A DNA stretch of 64,000 bases from Felis catus (lineage: Eukaryota). Position numbers and translations under genes: made by a program. Each line of letters begins with the position of its first letter. The first letter of the stretch is position 1. The stretch lies in the NCBI RefSeq assembly GCF_018350175.1, contig NC_058368.1, positions 201,068,001-201,132,000 on the forward strand, in the 5' to 3' direction. Below are positions 52,435 to 64,000 of this stretch, piece after piece. A model generated the notes under the pieces. It was not told the origin of the DNA. It was given only the letters and a program-made list of their open reading frames with translations, and ran no database searches.

Positions 52435-52470
52435 CTGAATATCTCAGTTCAACTGAATATCTCAGTTCAA
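52435..52470. repeat. Perfect 18-bp tandem duplication ctgaatatctcagttcaa x2
   Basis: 52435-52452 and 52453-52470 are identical. Confidence 0.95.
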
Positions 52471-54049
52471 ATTTTCCTACAAAGTTTCAACAAATAGGTT
52501 GTGCTACAGAAACAGCACCTCTTCTCTGCTCATTTTTCTATAGCCTCCCATACATTAATATGTCTCTGTCATTTCTTTTCTACTTTTCTATGCAAAACTA
52601 ACCCTTCATTTTCCAATTTTTTACTGGAAGATTCTGTGTTCAAATATTGGGGGAGGGGGTGTTAGGCAGATGTGATGTCACTCAAAATAGGTATTCTCAT
52701 ATTTATATTTGATTATTTAGGAGTGTTACTTTTATACCTAATATTGAAAACTTTCCATGAAGCATTTAATAAGTATATTTTGTTGTTCAATGAAACAAAA
52801 TGATTGTATGCCTGATATGTTCGAGAACACTCTGCGTCTGACTTATCCCACTTGTTTGTATGTTTTCCAAAGAGAAAACACTATTTTCTGCGGTGAGAGC
52901 AAAGGGGAGGTGATGATGGCCTGACTTTGTTTCCTTCATTTTTGTTCTTTTGCTATTTTGTATTCTTGACAAACAAATTGTCAATTGAATTGTAAGAAAT
53001 TAGAAGAAATTAGGGACAAAGCTGTTCCTCAGAATGTAAATAAGATAATACGATTCATGTTTGTTTGTTGTTTTGTTAGCTTGCCAATGACAGGCAGAAG
53101 ATTGGCTTCGTCACAGAGTGCTGCCTTCTTTTGTGGATAGGTTGGTTTTTTTGAAAGGGTGTGTGCAATGCTAAGCATAATTACACTATTATGTAAGTCA
53201 ACTATCTTGGCCATGGCAGGTTAGAAAGTGAAATAATTTCAGAACTCGTTTGATAATTACTAAGCCTGAAGATGTATCTTATTTGGGCACTAAATCAAGA
53301 GTATTAACCTGTCATGATTAGATTATCCAAATGCAAAATATGTGCTATAGTTAAGATTGCTTTTTGAAGATAAATACACACATACACACACACACACACA
53401 TGCACACACACATATATCGTGAACTCTATCCTTAAGAAGTTTGGCTAAAGTTGGATAAAATGTCAAATGTCAAACAGACTACATAAGAAGTTACTTAAAA
53501 TATTCTTCATGATGAGACTTCTTGGATTATTGAATATAAACATAGAATTCTCAGTGAGGGAAACTTGTTGATACAGAATAATACCTTGACACCAATACTT
53601 GGTATTTGTTTGAATTTTTAACTTTTAAAAGCACTTTCACATTTATTACATCCCTTTATATATAATTTTATTCAACATAAAATTGCCATTACAGTGATGG
53701 TTAAGCTGAAAATAATTTAAAGAAACAATTTGTATAGGTGTATTGCAAATAACACATTTAAAATTATTTCCTGTACTGAACACTGAACTTTTCCGACACT
53801 GAAAAAGTTTGTATTAAAACTGAGTTTTGACAAATTAGCCTGTTGTACACAAACACATACACACACAAAAGGAAAATATTATAATTTAGTTCTACTTAGG
53901 CAAGATGAAGAGCTGAAGAAAATTTCAGAGTAAAGAATAGAAAAAATTATTTAAAACCTATAACATTTACCTCCAGATTCGCAATGAACTAACCAGTAAA
54001 TTGGAGCTACGTAGACCAAAAAGCTGGTTGGCATGTTTTACTTTCTAAA

Positions 54050-54155
54050 TATTGTGGTCAGGCAATATCCCAGACCAATTAAATCACAATTTCATGGGCT
54101 GAGAGCAACCACAATATAATTTGAAACTAGTCAGGTGATTCCAATGGAGTCTGAA
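54050..54155. mobile_element. MER5-like hAT MITE fragment
   Basis: cccagaccaattaaatcacaatttcatggg...caggtgattccaatg. Confidence 0.45.
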
Positions 54156-57089
54156 CAGTATGATGTGATATATAACATGACAATATTATTTTGGTGTGCA
54201 ACTATTACAGTTAGAGAATAATATGTATATATTAAAGTTGCATTCAATAGACACCCTCTATATTTTAAAATTCCTCATTTAAAAATCTAAAATTTTACTT
54301 GTGTGAAAATCTAGCGTATGCAGATCACTGCCTGGATTATATTTTGTCATATGGAATAGAATTCGATTATGCTATAATACAATGGAAGCAAAGTGTGCAA
54401 CCCACCAGCCCTAACCATGATGAATTAGCAGTCCTGACTTACAGAGGATTATCTACAAGAACAAATGTCCTATGAAACAAAAAGGAAATAGGTGATCTAC
54501 AAACGATCTAAAACACCTACATCTGAAAAATAAAAAGCAAAATTCGTTTACACAGATGTGCTTTTCATTTTGTAATGTAGTTTTGACTGTTCTTAAGCAG
54601 AAACATTAGTCTCTGTGGGGAAAAACTTCGTATCTGTTTTCAATTCTCTCGAGGCAGGGTTTTAAAACACAATTAAAAATCAAAGATTCTGTACTTCTAT
54701 TGAAAAGGAACACCTCATCTCTGATATTCTTCACCCTCATTTTTGACCTGAGTCACATAGTTCAGTCTGCCCTTCACCCAGAGTCATAAATTCTAGAAGA
54801 GCATTGCATTACTGTCAATCACTGGGTCAGCAAAAGCAGGAGACCAATGAGCTCTTCATGACCTCAGCATCTCAGTAAGCCAATGAAAATATTAAAAGAC
54901 TGGTTTCTACAATGTTCCAGGAATGGATGTCAGCACTGTGCAGTTCCATCACCTGCCAAACTTCTAACAGGAGCACCAGGATATAGTCCAGAAAACTGTT
55001 GACTAGTACATTAATTTGTGGAGCTATTGTGCCCTAGGCATGGATATATATTTTTTATTATGAACTATAATATTAATGACATTTAATCATATCTTCATTT
55101 ACATTCTGGCTCAGCTTCTGGGAACAAATTCCACCCCACTTTCATGATATTTTGAATATAATTGATTATTAGCACCATTATCAATATAGATTGTGACCAA
55201 AGGAGTCTATCAGATGCACCTAATAAAGTTAAATGCACTAAAACATGGATATCCCAGATGACTGAATCCTGGAACAGCTAATTATGGTACACTCTTGTTT
55301 CATTTTTCATAAGAATAATCTACTCTGGACATCAGCCAAAAAAGAAGGTAGGGGAACATTTTTCCCCATGGCTAAAAGAATAAATTTTGTTATTCACTAT
55401 GATTAGCCAAACAATTTATATGATTGCTCCCATAAATATAATCATTTCCAAAAATTCACACAAATTTTATATCTAGTCCAACAGAAGAAGTGGGATCATC
55501 TTTACGTAGTGTCTCCTGTATTAGAAATAAGCTACACATTCTTGTAGGCATATTACATAAATGCTAAGCCAAAAAGTTCTTTCACACTGTTATTATGCTA
55601 TATTTTTGCAACCACAGTTTTGTGTATATTTCTGAGAGAAGTCTTTCTTTTTAACGCCAAAAGGCAATAAAATGGAATAAAAGAGGCAGCACTGTACTTT
55701 TTAAAGATAATTGGTAGAATCTCAATGATTAAATTAAAAGTAAACACTAACAAACAAACTTTATTGCAAGCATTTGAATGAATACTTCATTCCCATGGGT
55801 GGGAGAAATCTTGAGACCTAGTTACAAGCTGATTATCTGAAACAGTTTAAAAAAAAAAAAAGTAGGGACAAATACGGATGCATCCTAATTGAATTGTCCG
55901 CTTCATTTTGCCCATTCTGTAGTGTAAGCAATAGAGTAAATCCTGTTTTTAGCTATGCGGGATAAAAGTCTATTTGAAGTTGGAGTCTATAGCTGGCTTT
56001 TCACAGTAAATTGACCTTGCTCGGCGCAGCCAATGTCATAATGCTCTGCTTTATCTAGGCTGAGAGAGAAAATCGCAAATTGCTTCTGCATGATTAGTTC
56101 TGCACTTCAAACGTGTTTCTTCCGAGTTGGCTTCCACACTTACTGCTAAAGATATGTGCCACTGGGAAATGCTGATCTGACTCTGAACTTCTCCAATTAA
56201 ATAACCCTTTAATTGCCAGTTCAAGATGACGAATTTGGCAAGGCAAAAAGAAATCTTTTAATCAATGTGACTTGAAAGCATTTTTCATACGCTATAAACA
56301 TAAAATAATTCTTTTTAAAAGCTGACTTTTTTGTATCTTATAAAGTATATCAAAATCAAATTTAATACAACATTAGATAAAGTTCTAAAAAGAATTGAAA
56401 GTTGAGTCTGAGAAGTTGGTGAATATATCTCATCACTGGTATAGGGATAGTTCCCCCTCCCCCCGAATATTTGAACTGCTCTAAAAATTGCAGTATTATA
56501 ACACACAGGAAAGTTACTTTCCTTTTCACGTAAAAGTTTGTACCCTAACTACTTTAGAAATTCATGGGATTGAATTAAGTACAATTTAATTTTACCTGAT
56601 CAAGAAAAAAACATTGCAAGACCAGTTGTTGCAAAAATATTAAGAAAGGCAATAATCCCTAAATAGATAATAGGCTGTCCATTTTACCAAAAAAAAAAAA
56701 AAAGTAACAAAGGAACTAATGATTTATATATCAAATTATAATATTAGGAACACAATTTTTTTCTAAATAAACAGTTATGCCAAAGAAATATAGTTTAAAA
56801 ATATGCTTTCCCCTCTAACTTCTTGTATCACTCGGTATAGATGTCTGAAACTGGTAAAATAGTAATTTTACACCTAATCAAAATATAAGCATAGCAACTT
56901 TGATAACGAACAGGAATTGCATTAACTATTACAAATTCAAAAAACAAAACAAAACAAAACATAGGACTGAATTCACTGAGAATATCCCCTGCCCCCCCAA
57001 AAAAGAAAGAAAGAAAAAAGGAACATATCTGATAGAATTACTCTTAGCTGGGTTCACGGATTCATCTTCTACTAACAAACTGCCAAATC

Positions 57090-57300
57090 TTTTTTTTTTT
57101 TTAATGTTTATTTTTGAGAGAGACAGAGACAGAATCTGAGTGGGTTAGGGGCAGAGAGATAAGGAGACACAGAATCCAAAGCAGGCTCCAGGCTCTGAGC
57201 TGTCAACACAGAGCCCGTCGTGTTGTTGGGCTCATGAGTCATGAGACCATGACCTGAGCCGAAGACAGATGCTCAACCGACTGAGCCACCCAGGCGCCCC
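57090..57300 (-). mobile_element. Can-SINE (feliform type)
   Basis: Antisense SINE ending gagccacccaggcgcccc; TSD caaactgccaaa/caaactgcaaaa. Confidence 0.95.
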
Positions 57301-59148
57301 CAAACTGCAAAAACTTAAAGACCTTCAAGACAATAAACGTATAGCAAATGAGAATATTGAAACTAGTGAAAAAAATTGTATTTTTTTTCCTGATTTGTTA
57401 GTCTTCTTTGTCAAACGTAAAGGTTCTAAACTATCTTGGGGTAGGACATATAAAATTGAAAGGTAAAATTGGTAAAATGTCTTTGGTGAGTCAACTTTTA
57501 AATTTTCGATATTACATTATATACTATGCACTATTACATATTTCATATTAGATATATATTATATTTAAAATGAAATAAGGGGTAGGTGCAAAACTAAAAG
57601 AATTATACAAGTAATGGAGGTTAACTACCCTTATGTTCAAGGTGGAGATGGGAACTGACCCCTTGTGCAATCTCTTATCTCATGTTTGCTGTGCTGCTGG
57701 AGAGAAAAGTTTAACAGGTATTTTAAAATTAGGATTTGTTCAGCGTGTGTAGAGAAGAAAATGAGAGTGGAATGCAAAATTCATGGGGCTGAACTGTGCT
57801 AAAGCCATGCTCTCTGCTCTCCAATACAGATAGGAATGACCCATACTAAATGGAGCCACTTAAAAGTGAAGAGAGAACCAGAAATGTGTTACCTGACAAA
57901 TAATGCTGCATATCAAAAGATTCTACTAACCAGCCTGACATGTAAATGGCACATTTTGTCAACTTCTATTACTCTCTTTATAAATGATGACAGCACCAAG
58001 AAACAACTACTTTTACTGAAGAATTGAATGTTTTTATGAAGTTCTAGGCATTTTTCTGGGTCAAAAATGAGCAGATTTCTGAAAAACTTGCGATTTATTT
58101 GCAACCTAACTTGAGGATGTGAAAGTGTCAAGTATTAGACAAAAGACTGTTTCATTATGTGGTATCATTATGTTAACTTTTCATGGGAAACTGCTTAAAT
58201 CAATCATAAGCATTTTATAGACTTGAAGATGCCAAAACTCAAATATGTCGTAATTGTGGGAATCAGTTAAGAATTCAATGAAATTGTAACTTTAAAAGGG
58301 TATTTTAAATAAATGTAAATCCTAGAATGAATTTGTGAAATTGTCAGAAAAAGACATACTATATATATTGTTTACTAATGAATGTAATTTTTAAAAACTT
58401 TCTCCTAAACTAGAGAAGGCATAAATTCAGGAGAGCTCCTGATATAATAAGACATAATACCAGTCAATTGTCTGTTTTATATGAGGATCTTCACATAGAA
58501 AAGCTGACAGATAATATTAGCATCAGTGAATTAGTATTTACAAAGGCAATTTACAATAAAGTATAAATGTAATTTCTCCAATTTCTGCAGATGTTAAAAA
58601 TTTCATTACACTTGATAAAATCCTTATGGTTTGCACCTGAGCACTAACTTTGTGTTCCCCAAATAAATTGTTAGCAAAGAAATGCTAAAATTATCAAGAT
58701 TGCAATCACGTTTGCTGTGTGCATAGCCAGCATTCGAAATGTGAAACCTATGTTTCTATTCACTGCCTTGGCCCATTTTCCTTAAAACCACAAAGTGAGA
58801 TATGTGAAGTTCAGGGGTAGGATTAGATGTCTGCATGCTTGAACACCTCCAACTTAAGAAAAATAATCACCTAAGAATCCTAAACTCAGGTCACCAAGTA
58901 GCATTATGCCCTCAAGAAAGAATTATTTGCAGGTTGGCACTATGAATAGACTTACCCAACACCAACTGGGCCACGTTAAACCCAAAAGTATCTTCCAAGA
59001 TAGCTACTCATTAAATTTGGTTCACGTTCAATTATCTCTTTTCACCTTTCTCTTCCACTCTACCTACTTTCTATCTATCTACCTATGAACAGAGTACAAC
59101 TCCCTTTCTTACCCACTAAGTAAAAGTAAAAAAAAAAAAAAAAAAAAT

Positions 59149-59346
59149 GGGGCACCTGGGTGGTTCAGTTAAGCATTCCATTCTTGCTTTCATCTCAGGT
59201 CATGATTTCAGGCTTCATGAGTTTGAACCCCAAGTTGGGCTCTGTGCTGGCAGTACAGAGTCTGCTTGGGATTCTCTGTCTCCCTCTCTCTGCCTCACTC
59301 TCTCTCTCTCTCTCTTTCACTCAGAAATAATTAGACTTAAAAAAAA
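59149..59346 (+). mobile_element. Can-SINE (cluster member 1)
   Basis: ggggcacctgggtggttcag head after an A run; gcttgggattctc body. Confidence 0.92.
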
Positions 59347-59355
59347 GTAAAGAAA

Positions 59356-59552
59356 GGGGCGACTGGGTGCCTCAGGCAGTTGGGCGTCTGACTTCAGCTC
59401 ATGATCTCGCGGTTCGTGGGTTTGAGCCCTGCGTCGGGCTCTGTGCTGACAGCTCAGAGCCTGGAGCCTGCTTCAGATTCTGCGTCTCCCTCTCTCTCTT
59501 CCCTTCCCCTGATTGTGCTCTGTGTCAAAAATAAATAAATGTTTTTTAAAAA
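59356..59552 (+). mobile_element. Can-SINE (cluster member 2)
   Basis: ggggcgactgggtgcctcag head; TSD aaaaagtaaagaaag/aaaaagtagagaaag. Confidence 0.92.
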
Positions 59553-59606
59553 AGTAGAGAAAGAAAAGAGAAAAAAGAAAAACAAAGGAAATTAAAATAA
59601 AATTAA

Positions 59607-59920
59607 GAGGCACCTAGGTGGCTCATTTGGTTAAGCATCCAACTCTTTTTTTTTTAATTTTTTAATGTTTATTTATTTTTTAGAGAGAGAGAGAGAGAGA
59701 GAGAGTGCAAGCTGAGGAGGGGCGAGAGGGAGACACAGAATCTGAGGCAGGCTCCAGGCTCCGAGCTGTCAGCACAGAGCCCTACACGAACTTGTGAACT
59801 GCAAGATCATGGCCTGAGCCAAAGTCAGATGCTTAACCAACTGAGCCACATAGGCATCCCAAACATCTAACTCTTGATTTCAGTGTTGGGCTCCATATTG
59901 GGTGTGAAGCCTACTTAAAA
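59607..59920 (+). mobile_element. Short Can-SINE split by a nested antisense SINE (cluster member 3)
   Basis: Head gaggcacctaggtggctcatttggttaagcatccaactctt resumes as actcttgatttcag..gggctccatattgggtgtgaagcctacttaaaa. Confidence 0.85.
59646..59860 (-). mobile_element. Can-SINE nested in member 3 (cluster member 4)
   Basis: Antisense SINE; TSD aagcatccaactctt/aaacatctaactctt. Confidence 0.93.
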
Positions 59921-59959
59921 GTACATGCATACATGCATACATACATACATATATACATA

Positions 59960-60800
59960 TTCTTGACTTTGTCACTACTCAAGTTAGTATCTTGTATTCT
60001 CCCCACCATTTTCTGCCAAATTCCTGGAAGTATGCTTTATGTTCACTACCTCCACCACTGGTCTCTACTTAGCCACCTGCTACCTAACTCTCACCCCTAC
60101 CATTCTACTGTAATTTTATTCTACCAGGTCCCTCAATCAAATGGACATTCATTTGGTGTTTCTTCTCCACCTCATTCAGGTTGAGCTTCAATTTCAATGT
60201 GGTTGATTACTTTCTTACAAAAGTCATTTTCTTGGCTATTGCATACAGCAGTCAGGTGGGGACATCACAATTATTTGCCAGGTGAGTCAAACCAAACACC
60301 ATTCTCCTATCAACTCTGATTGTGGTGACCAGACACTATTCCAGTTCAACAGTTGTCTCTTTGTTTCTCCTGAGTTGTCTAAACAAATATGCAGGGGCTT
60401 TTCCACTTGAATATTCAACTTGGATCCCAAACACTGTATATATAAAATCCTTCCAAAAGTCTCTATGTCTTTAATTGTACCGAAACATTGCTATTAATCA
60501 CTGTTAAAAGTTTTGAGCCATTCACCCCTTTCTGTTTCCCTGCATCCAAGTTGTTAAGGTGCCATTTCCATCCCTTTCTTCAGTAATTGCTCTCAAATTT
60601 CTCCGCAAGTCCAAAACAGTATGTCCAAATACAGCCTGAGTCTCTCTACCTGCAAGCCTCACCAACATATCAAACCTAAAAATATCTCTCCTTTCCCTCA
60701 CTCAGTATTGATGACATGACCTTTCTCCCCATTACCAAGACTCAAACCTAAACATCACCTATGATTTCTAATATGTTGTTAATAATTCTTAATCTATTTC
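59960..60800 (+). mobile_element. L2 fragments
   Basis: Pyrimidine-rich: tcacccctaccattctactgtaatt..caaatggacattc..., acctttctccccattaccaagactcaaaccta. Confidence 0.5.
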
Positions 60801-61208
60801 CCCATCTTCATGCATTCATTTATAAACATCAATAATCCCTGAATACTCCAGTCAGAGCTCAATCAACCATGAAAGAAGTCTGTATTTAAGTAACACATTA
60901 CCTAGTTGGGGATCCAAATATATAAACAATGTGTGGTATTCCAAATTAATGTGAGTTCGATAACTTGAGGACTGAATAGACAAGACTATTAACCAAGAAA
61001 AGCAACTCAGGAAGAAGAGCAGATTTTGTAGGAAATCAAATAAGTATATTTTTAATATATTGAAAAGATTGCAGGAGGCAACAGCTGATCTTGGACTTGT
61101 TAGAAGTAAGCTGCTAATATTGAGTTGGACATTAAGGTAAGGTGATGTAGGGACATGGATGACATTTCAACAGGAAAGATAAAGAAGTATGAGAAAAGAA
61201 GAGGAGTT

Positions 61209-61412
61209 GGGGCACCTGGGTGGCTCAGATGGTTAAGTGGCTGACTCTCAATTTCGGCTCAGGTCTTGATCTCATGGTTCATGAGATTGAGCCCTGCGTT
61301 GGGTTCCGTTCTGAGAGCACAGAACCTGTGTGGGATTCTTTCTCTCCTTCTCTCTCTGCCCCTCTCTCTCTCCCCTCTCTCTGTCTCTCAAATTAAATAA
61401 ATAAACTTAAAA
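61209..61412 (+). mobile_element. Can-SINE
   Basis: Full SINE; TSD gaaaagaagaggag/gaaaagaggaggag. Confidence 0.94.
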
Positions 61413-62483
61413 GAAAAGAGGAGGAGCAAGAAGTGAAGACATAACTTTGGAGAGTGCTGATATTTGACTAGCAGAAAAAGAAGATGAATTAATGGATGTG
61501 GATAAAAGAAGAACTATAAGAGGCCATCCCAACCCAAGAAATTGTCCTTTTATCCTTTTTGTGCCACCATATTCCCTTTAATTTTCTTCATGCTCTATTA
61601 TGATACTTAATACATTAATTGTAAATTTTCACTTTCTAATCTCCCCACCTCATTAAAACAAGGATTTCTTGATGACAAGAAGCATATCTGGTTCATCTCT
61701 ACGTCCCTGGAGTCTATTGCCAGTAATATAAAATATGCTTAAAGTTTTTTACAGTAGTGATTAATAAATGACAGCATTATCAAGAAGTTCGGAAAACAGA
61801 AATGTTGGAGAAGGATGATTTAACTACAAAGCAGGAAGATAAAAAAATGAAATGAGAGAATTTGATTTGTAAATTCAACTTGAAGATCATTGATTACGGT
61901 AAGAAGAGTAGTTTCAGTGGAATGGTGAGAATAAAACTAGATGGCAAGAAAATAAAACAACAAAGACAGATTAAGAGTCGGCAACACAGGTAGACCACAC
62001 TTGGGATGGATTTAAGAGTTTCATTAGGGAAGGAGTTAGAGTGGCAGATAGTGAAGAATTATGTGCATTCCACTCATATGGCTGGTAAAATTCTCCCGTA
62101 GGGATTCTATCCTTAAACAAACAAACAAACAAACAACAACAACAACAAAAAACCACACATAGATTAAGTACAGGCAAAGCTGAGCTCATAGAATAAGGAG
62201 CAGGAGCAGGATGAGGCTGCAAATGGCAAATAAAAGATCAGATGAGAGATGGGAAAGATTAGAAGAAGTTTAGGAAGCATTTTGTGAGAAGAGCTAAGAA
62301 AGGTGGTTCAGGATTAAATTGGAGAACACTTTATGGCTCTGGATAAGAGCTAGCAACTTTAACCATAGAAGACATCACAGAATCCAGATCAAGGGCAAAT
62401 TTGCTTATCTTTTCAGGAAGGGGTGGCTAGAAGCCTTGAGTATATTTTTAAGCAGTAACAAGATTTATTAAAAATGAGTGGGA

Positions 62484-62703
62484 GGGGTACCTGGGTGGGT
62501 CACTTGGTTAAGCATCCGATTTTGACTTTGGCTCCGGTCATGATCTCATGGTTCCTGAGTTCAAGCCCCATGTTGGCTTCTGTGCTGACAGCTCAGAGCC
62601 TGGAACCTGCTTTGGATTCTCTGTTTCCCTCTGTCTCTGCCCCTCCCATGCTCACACTCTGTCTCTCTCTCTCTCAAAAATAAATAAAACATTATTTTTT
62701 TTT
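62484..62703 (+). mobile_element. Can-SINE (tandem pair, first)
   Basis: Full SINE; TSD aaatgagtgggag at 62472 and 62704. Confidence 0.95.
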
Positions 62704-62717
62704 AAATGAGTGGGAGA

Positions 62718-62943
62718 GGGGCGCATGGGTGGCTCAGTCAGTTATGTGTCTGACTTCAGCTCCAGTCATGATCTCACAGTCCATGAGTTCGATCCCTGCG
62801 TCAGGCTTCGTGTTGACAGTTCAGAGCCTGGAGCCTGCTTAAGATTCTGTGTCTTCCTCTCTCTCTCTCTCTCTGCCCCTCTCTTGCTCACGTTCTGTCT
62901 CTCTCTCTCAAAAATAAATAAACATTAAAAAAATTAATTAAAA
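62718..62943 (+). mobile_element. Can-SINE (tandem pair, second)
   Basis: Full SINE; TSD aaatgagtgggaga at 62704 and 62944. Confidence 0.95.
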
Positions 62944-63864
62944 AAATGAGTGGGAGATTGATGATTCAAAAGAGAAAGGATAATCTAATGTTCAAAGTCC
63001 TAGGAGAGGATGAAACTTTGGGAGAAGAGTTATCTTTGGAGGGAGGGGGAGATGGGAGTAGTTTTGTTTTTGTTTTTGTTTTGTTCTGAGTAAAATGAAA
63101 TATTATTAGGTGGGGAAAAGAGGTAAACAAGCATGATCATAAGCCTGAAGGAATACAAAGTTTTCATTTTTCACTGAATTAGAGATTGCGATTGAAAAGA
63201 ATGATAAAGGAATTGGCAGTCTGAGAACAGAAGAAATCATTTAAAACAACTTCTATGTGCATTGGGAAATTTGAATAAAAACAAGATAAATGACTTAGAT
63301 GACTTAGAAAAAAGATTACTGTGTAGTATCAAGGGCCCATCTTAGGTTGGAAATCATACATTTATAGTGAAGTCAATCCACATGGTTCTGTAATTTTCTC
63401 CAGCTATATCCAAATTGCCTGAGAACAGAATTAGAGAAAATTGATAGTTTGGTGGAACCAGGGTGAGGATTAACTGGCGAACTGAAACCAATGTGTCAAT
63501 GGGTTAGGAAATTGAAAATGATAAGGAAGGTAGAGATGAAATAACTGACTGTGGCACCCGTTATGATTTGGATATGAAGTGAAACAATAAAGAAACTAAG
63601 AGACACGTGGAATAAAATGTAATTAAGGAGTTGATGGTAGTTTAAAGTCAGAAGCAATGTTTTGTAGACACGGGAGAGACAGAATGATGGCAAGCTACAA
63701 CGTCGGGAAAGAAGATTACTAATGTAGAAGATTTTGAGTTGTCGACCGAATTCATAAATTAAGCAGGAAAGTGGAATAATATGAAGGATTTTAGCCAATC
63801 TCTTAAAAATATCAAAAGGGCGTCAGGAGGACCCCAATCTTGCCTCTGCTCTCCATGTAACGAG

Positions 63865-64000
63865 GTGGATGGAGTATTAACGTTCTAGAATCAGACAGAA
63901 CTAGGTTCAAATCCTGGTTTTTTCCTCTGATGTGGTAACTACGGGCAAGTTACTCTTCTGTGTTTTGCTCTTCTTATCCATAAAATGAGAATGTATATAT
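63865..64000 (+). mobile_element. MIR (runs off the window end)
   Basis: tctagaatcagacagaactaggttcaaatcctgg..tgtggtaactacgggcaagttact..ttcttatccataaaatgagaat. Confidence 0.8.

Larger units (their letters stand above)
60960..63800 (-). mobile_element. Discontinuous, highly decayed L2 hosting three SINEs
   Basis: Purine-rich L2-like motifs: aggaagaagagcagattttg, gaagatcattgattac..agtagtttcagtggaatggtg, gattcaaaagagaaaggataat. Confidence 0.5.

Noticed and set aside
132..62928. Recurring ORFs such as MAQSV..SAQVMIS..SLEPASDSVSPSLS that look like a paralogous gene family
   Set aside because: They are translations of Can-SINE copies, not genes

Overview
AT-rich mammalian non-coding DNA, almost certainly from a cat or other felid. 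It carries about 31 tRNA-derived Can-SINEs, several with SINEC_Fc-type diagnostic sequence, plus a carnivore-type L1 3' end. I find no recognisable protein-coding exon, RNA gene or CpG island, so it reads as intergenic or deep-intronic. The ORFs in the track are SINE or L1 translations or chance ORFs. Contents: Can-SINEs of various ages (most with visible target-site duplications, TSDs), two large decayed L1 elements (minus ~8.2-11.8 kb; plus ~24.7-29.2 kb), older L1, L2 and MIR fragments, three solo LTRs (two MLT2, one MLT1), a MER58-like hAT MITE, a probable decayed Charlie hAT element, and microsatellites. I did not find a novel biological system. The observations most worth checking are a triple TSD from serial SINE insertion, a poly(A)-only insertion with TSD, a nested four-SINE cluster, a very young SINE, an 82-bp interspersed duplication, a compound micro-duplication array, several repeat-free motif-rich candidate enhancers and two orphan exon-like segments. 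Repeat subfamily names come from my recall of consensus sequences, not from a search, and boundaries are approximate.
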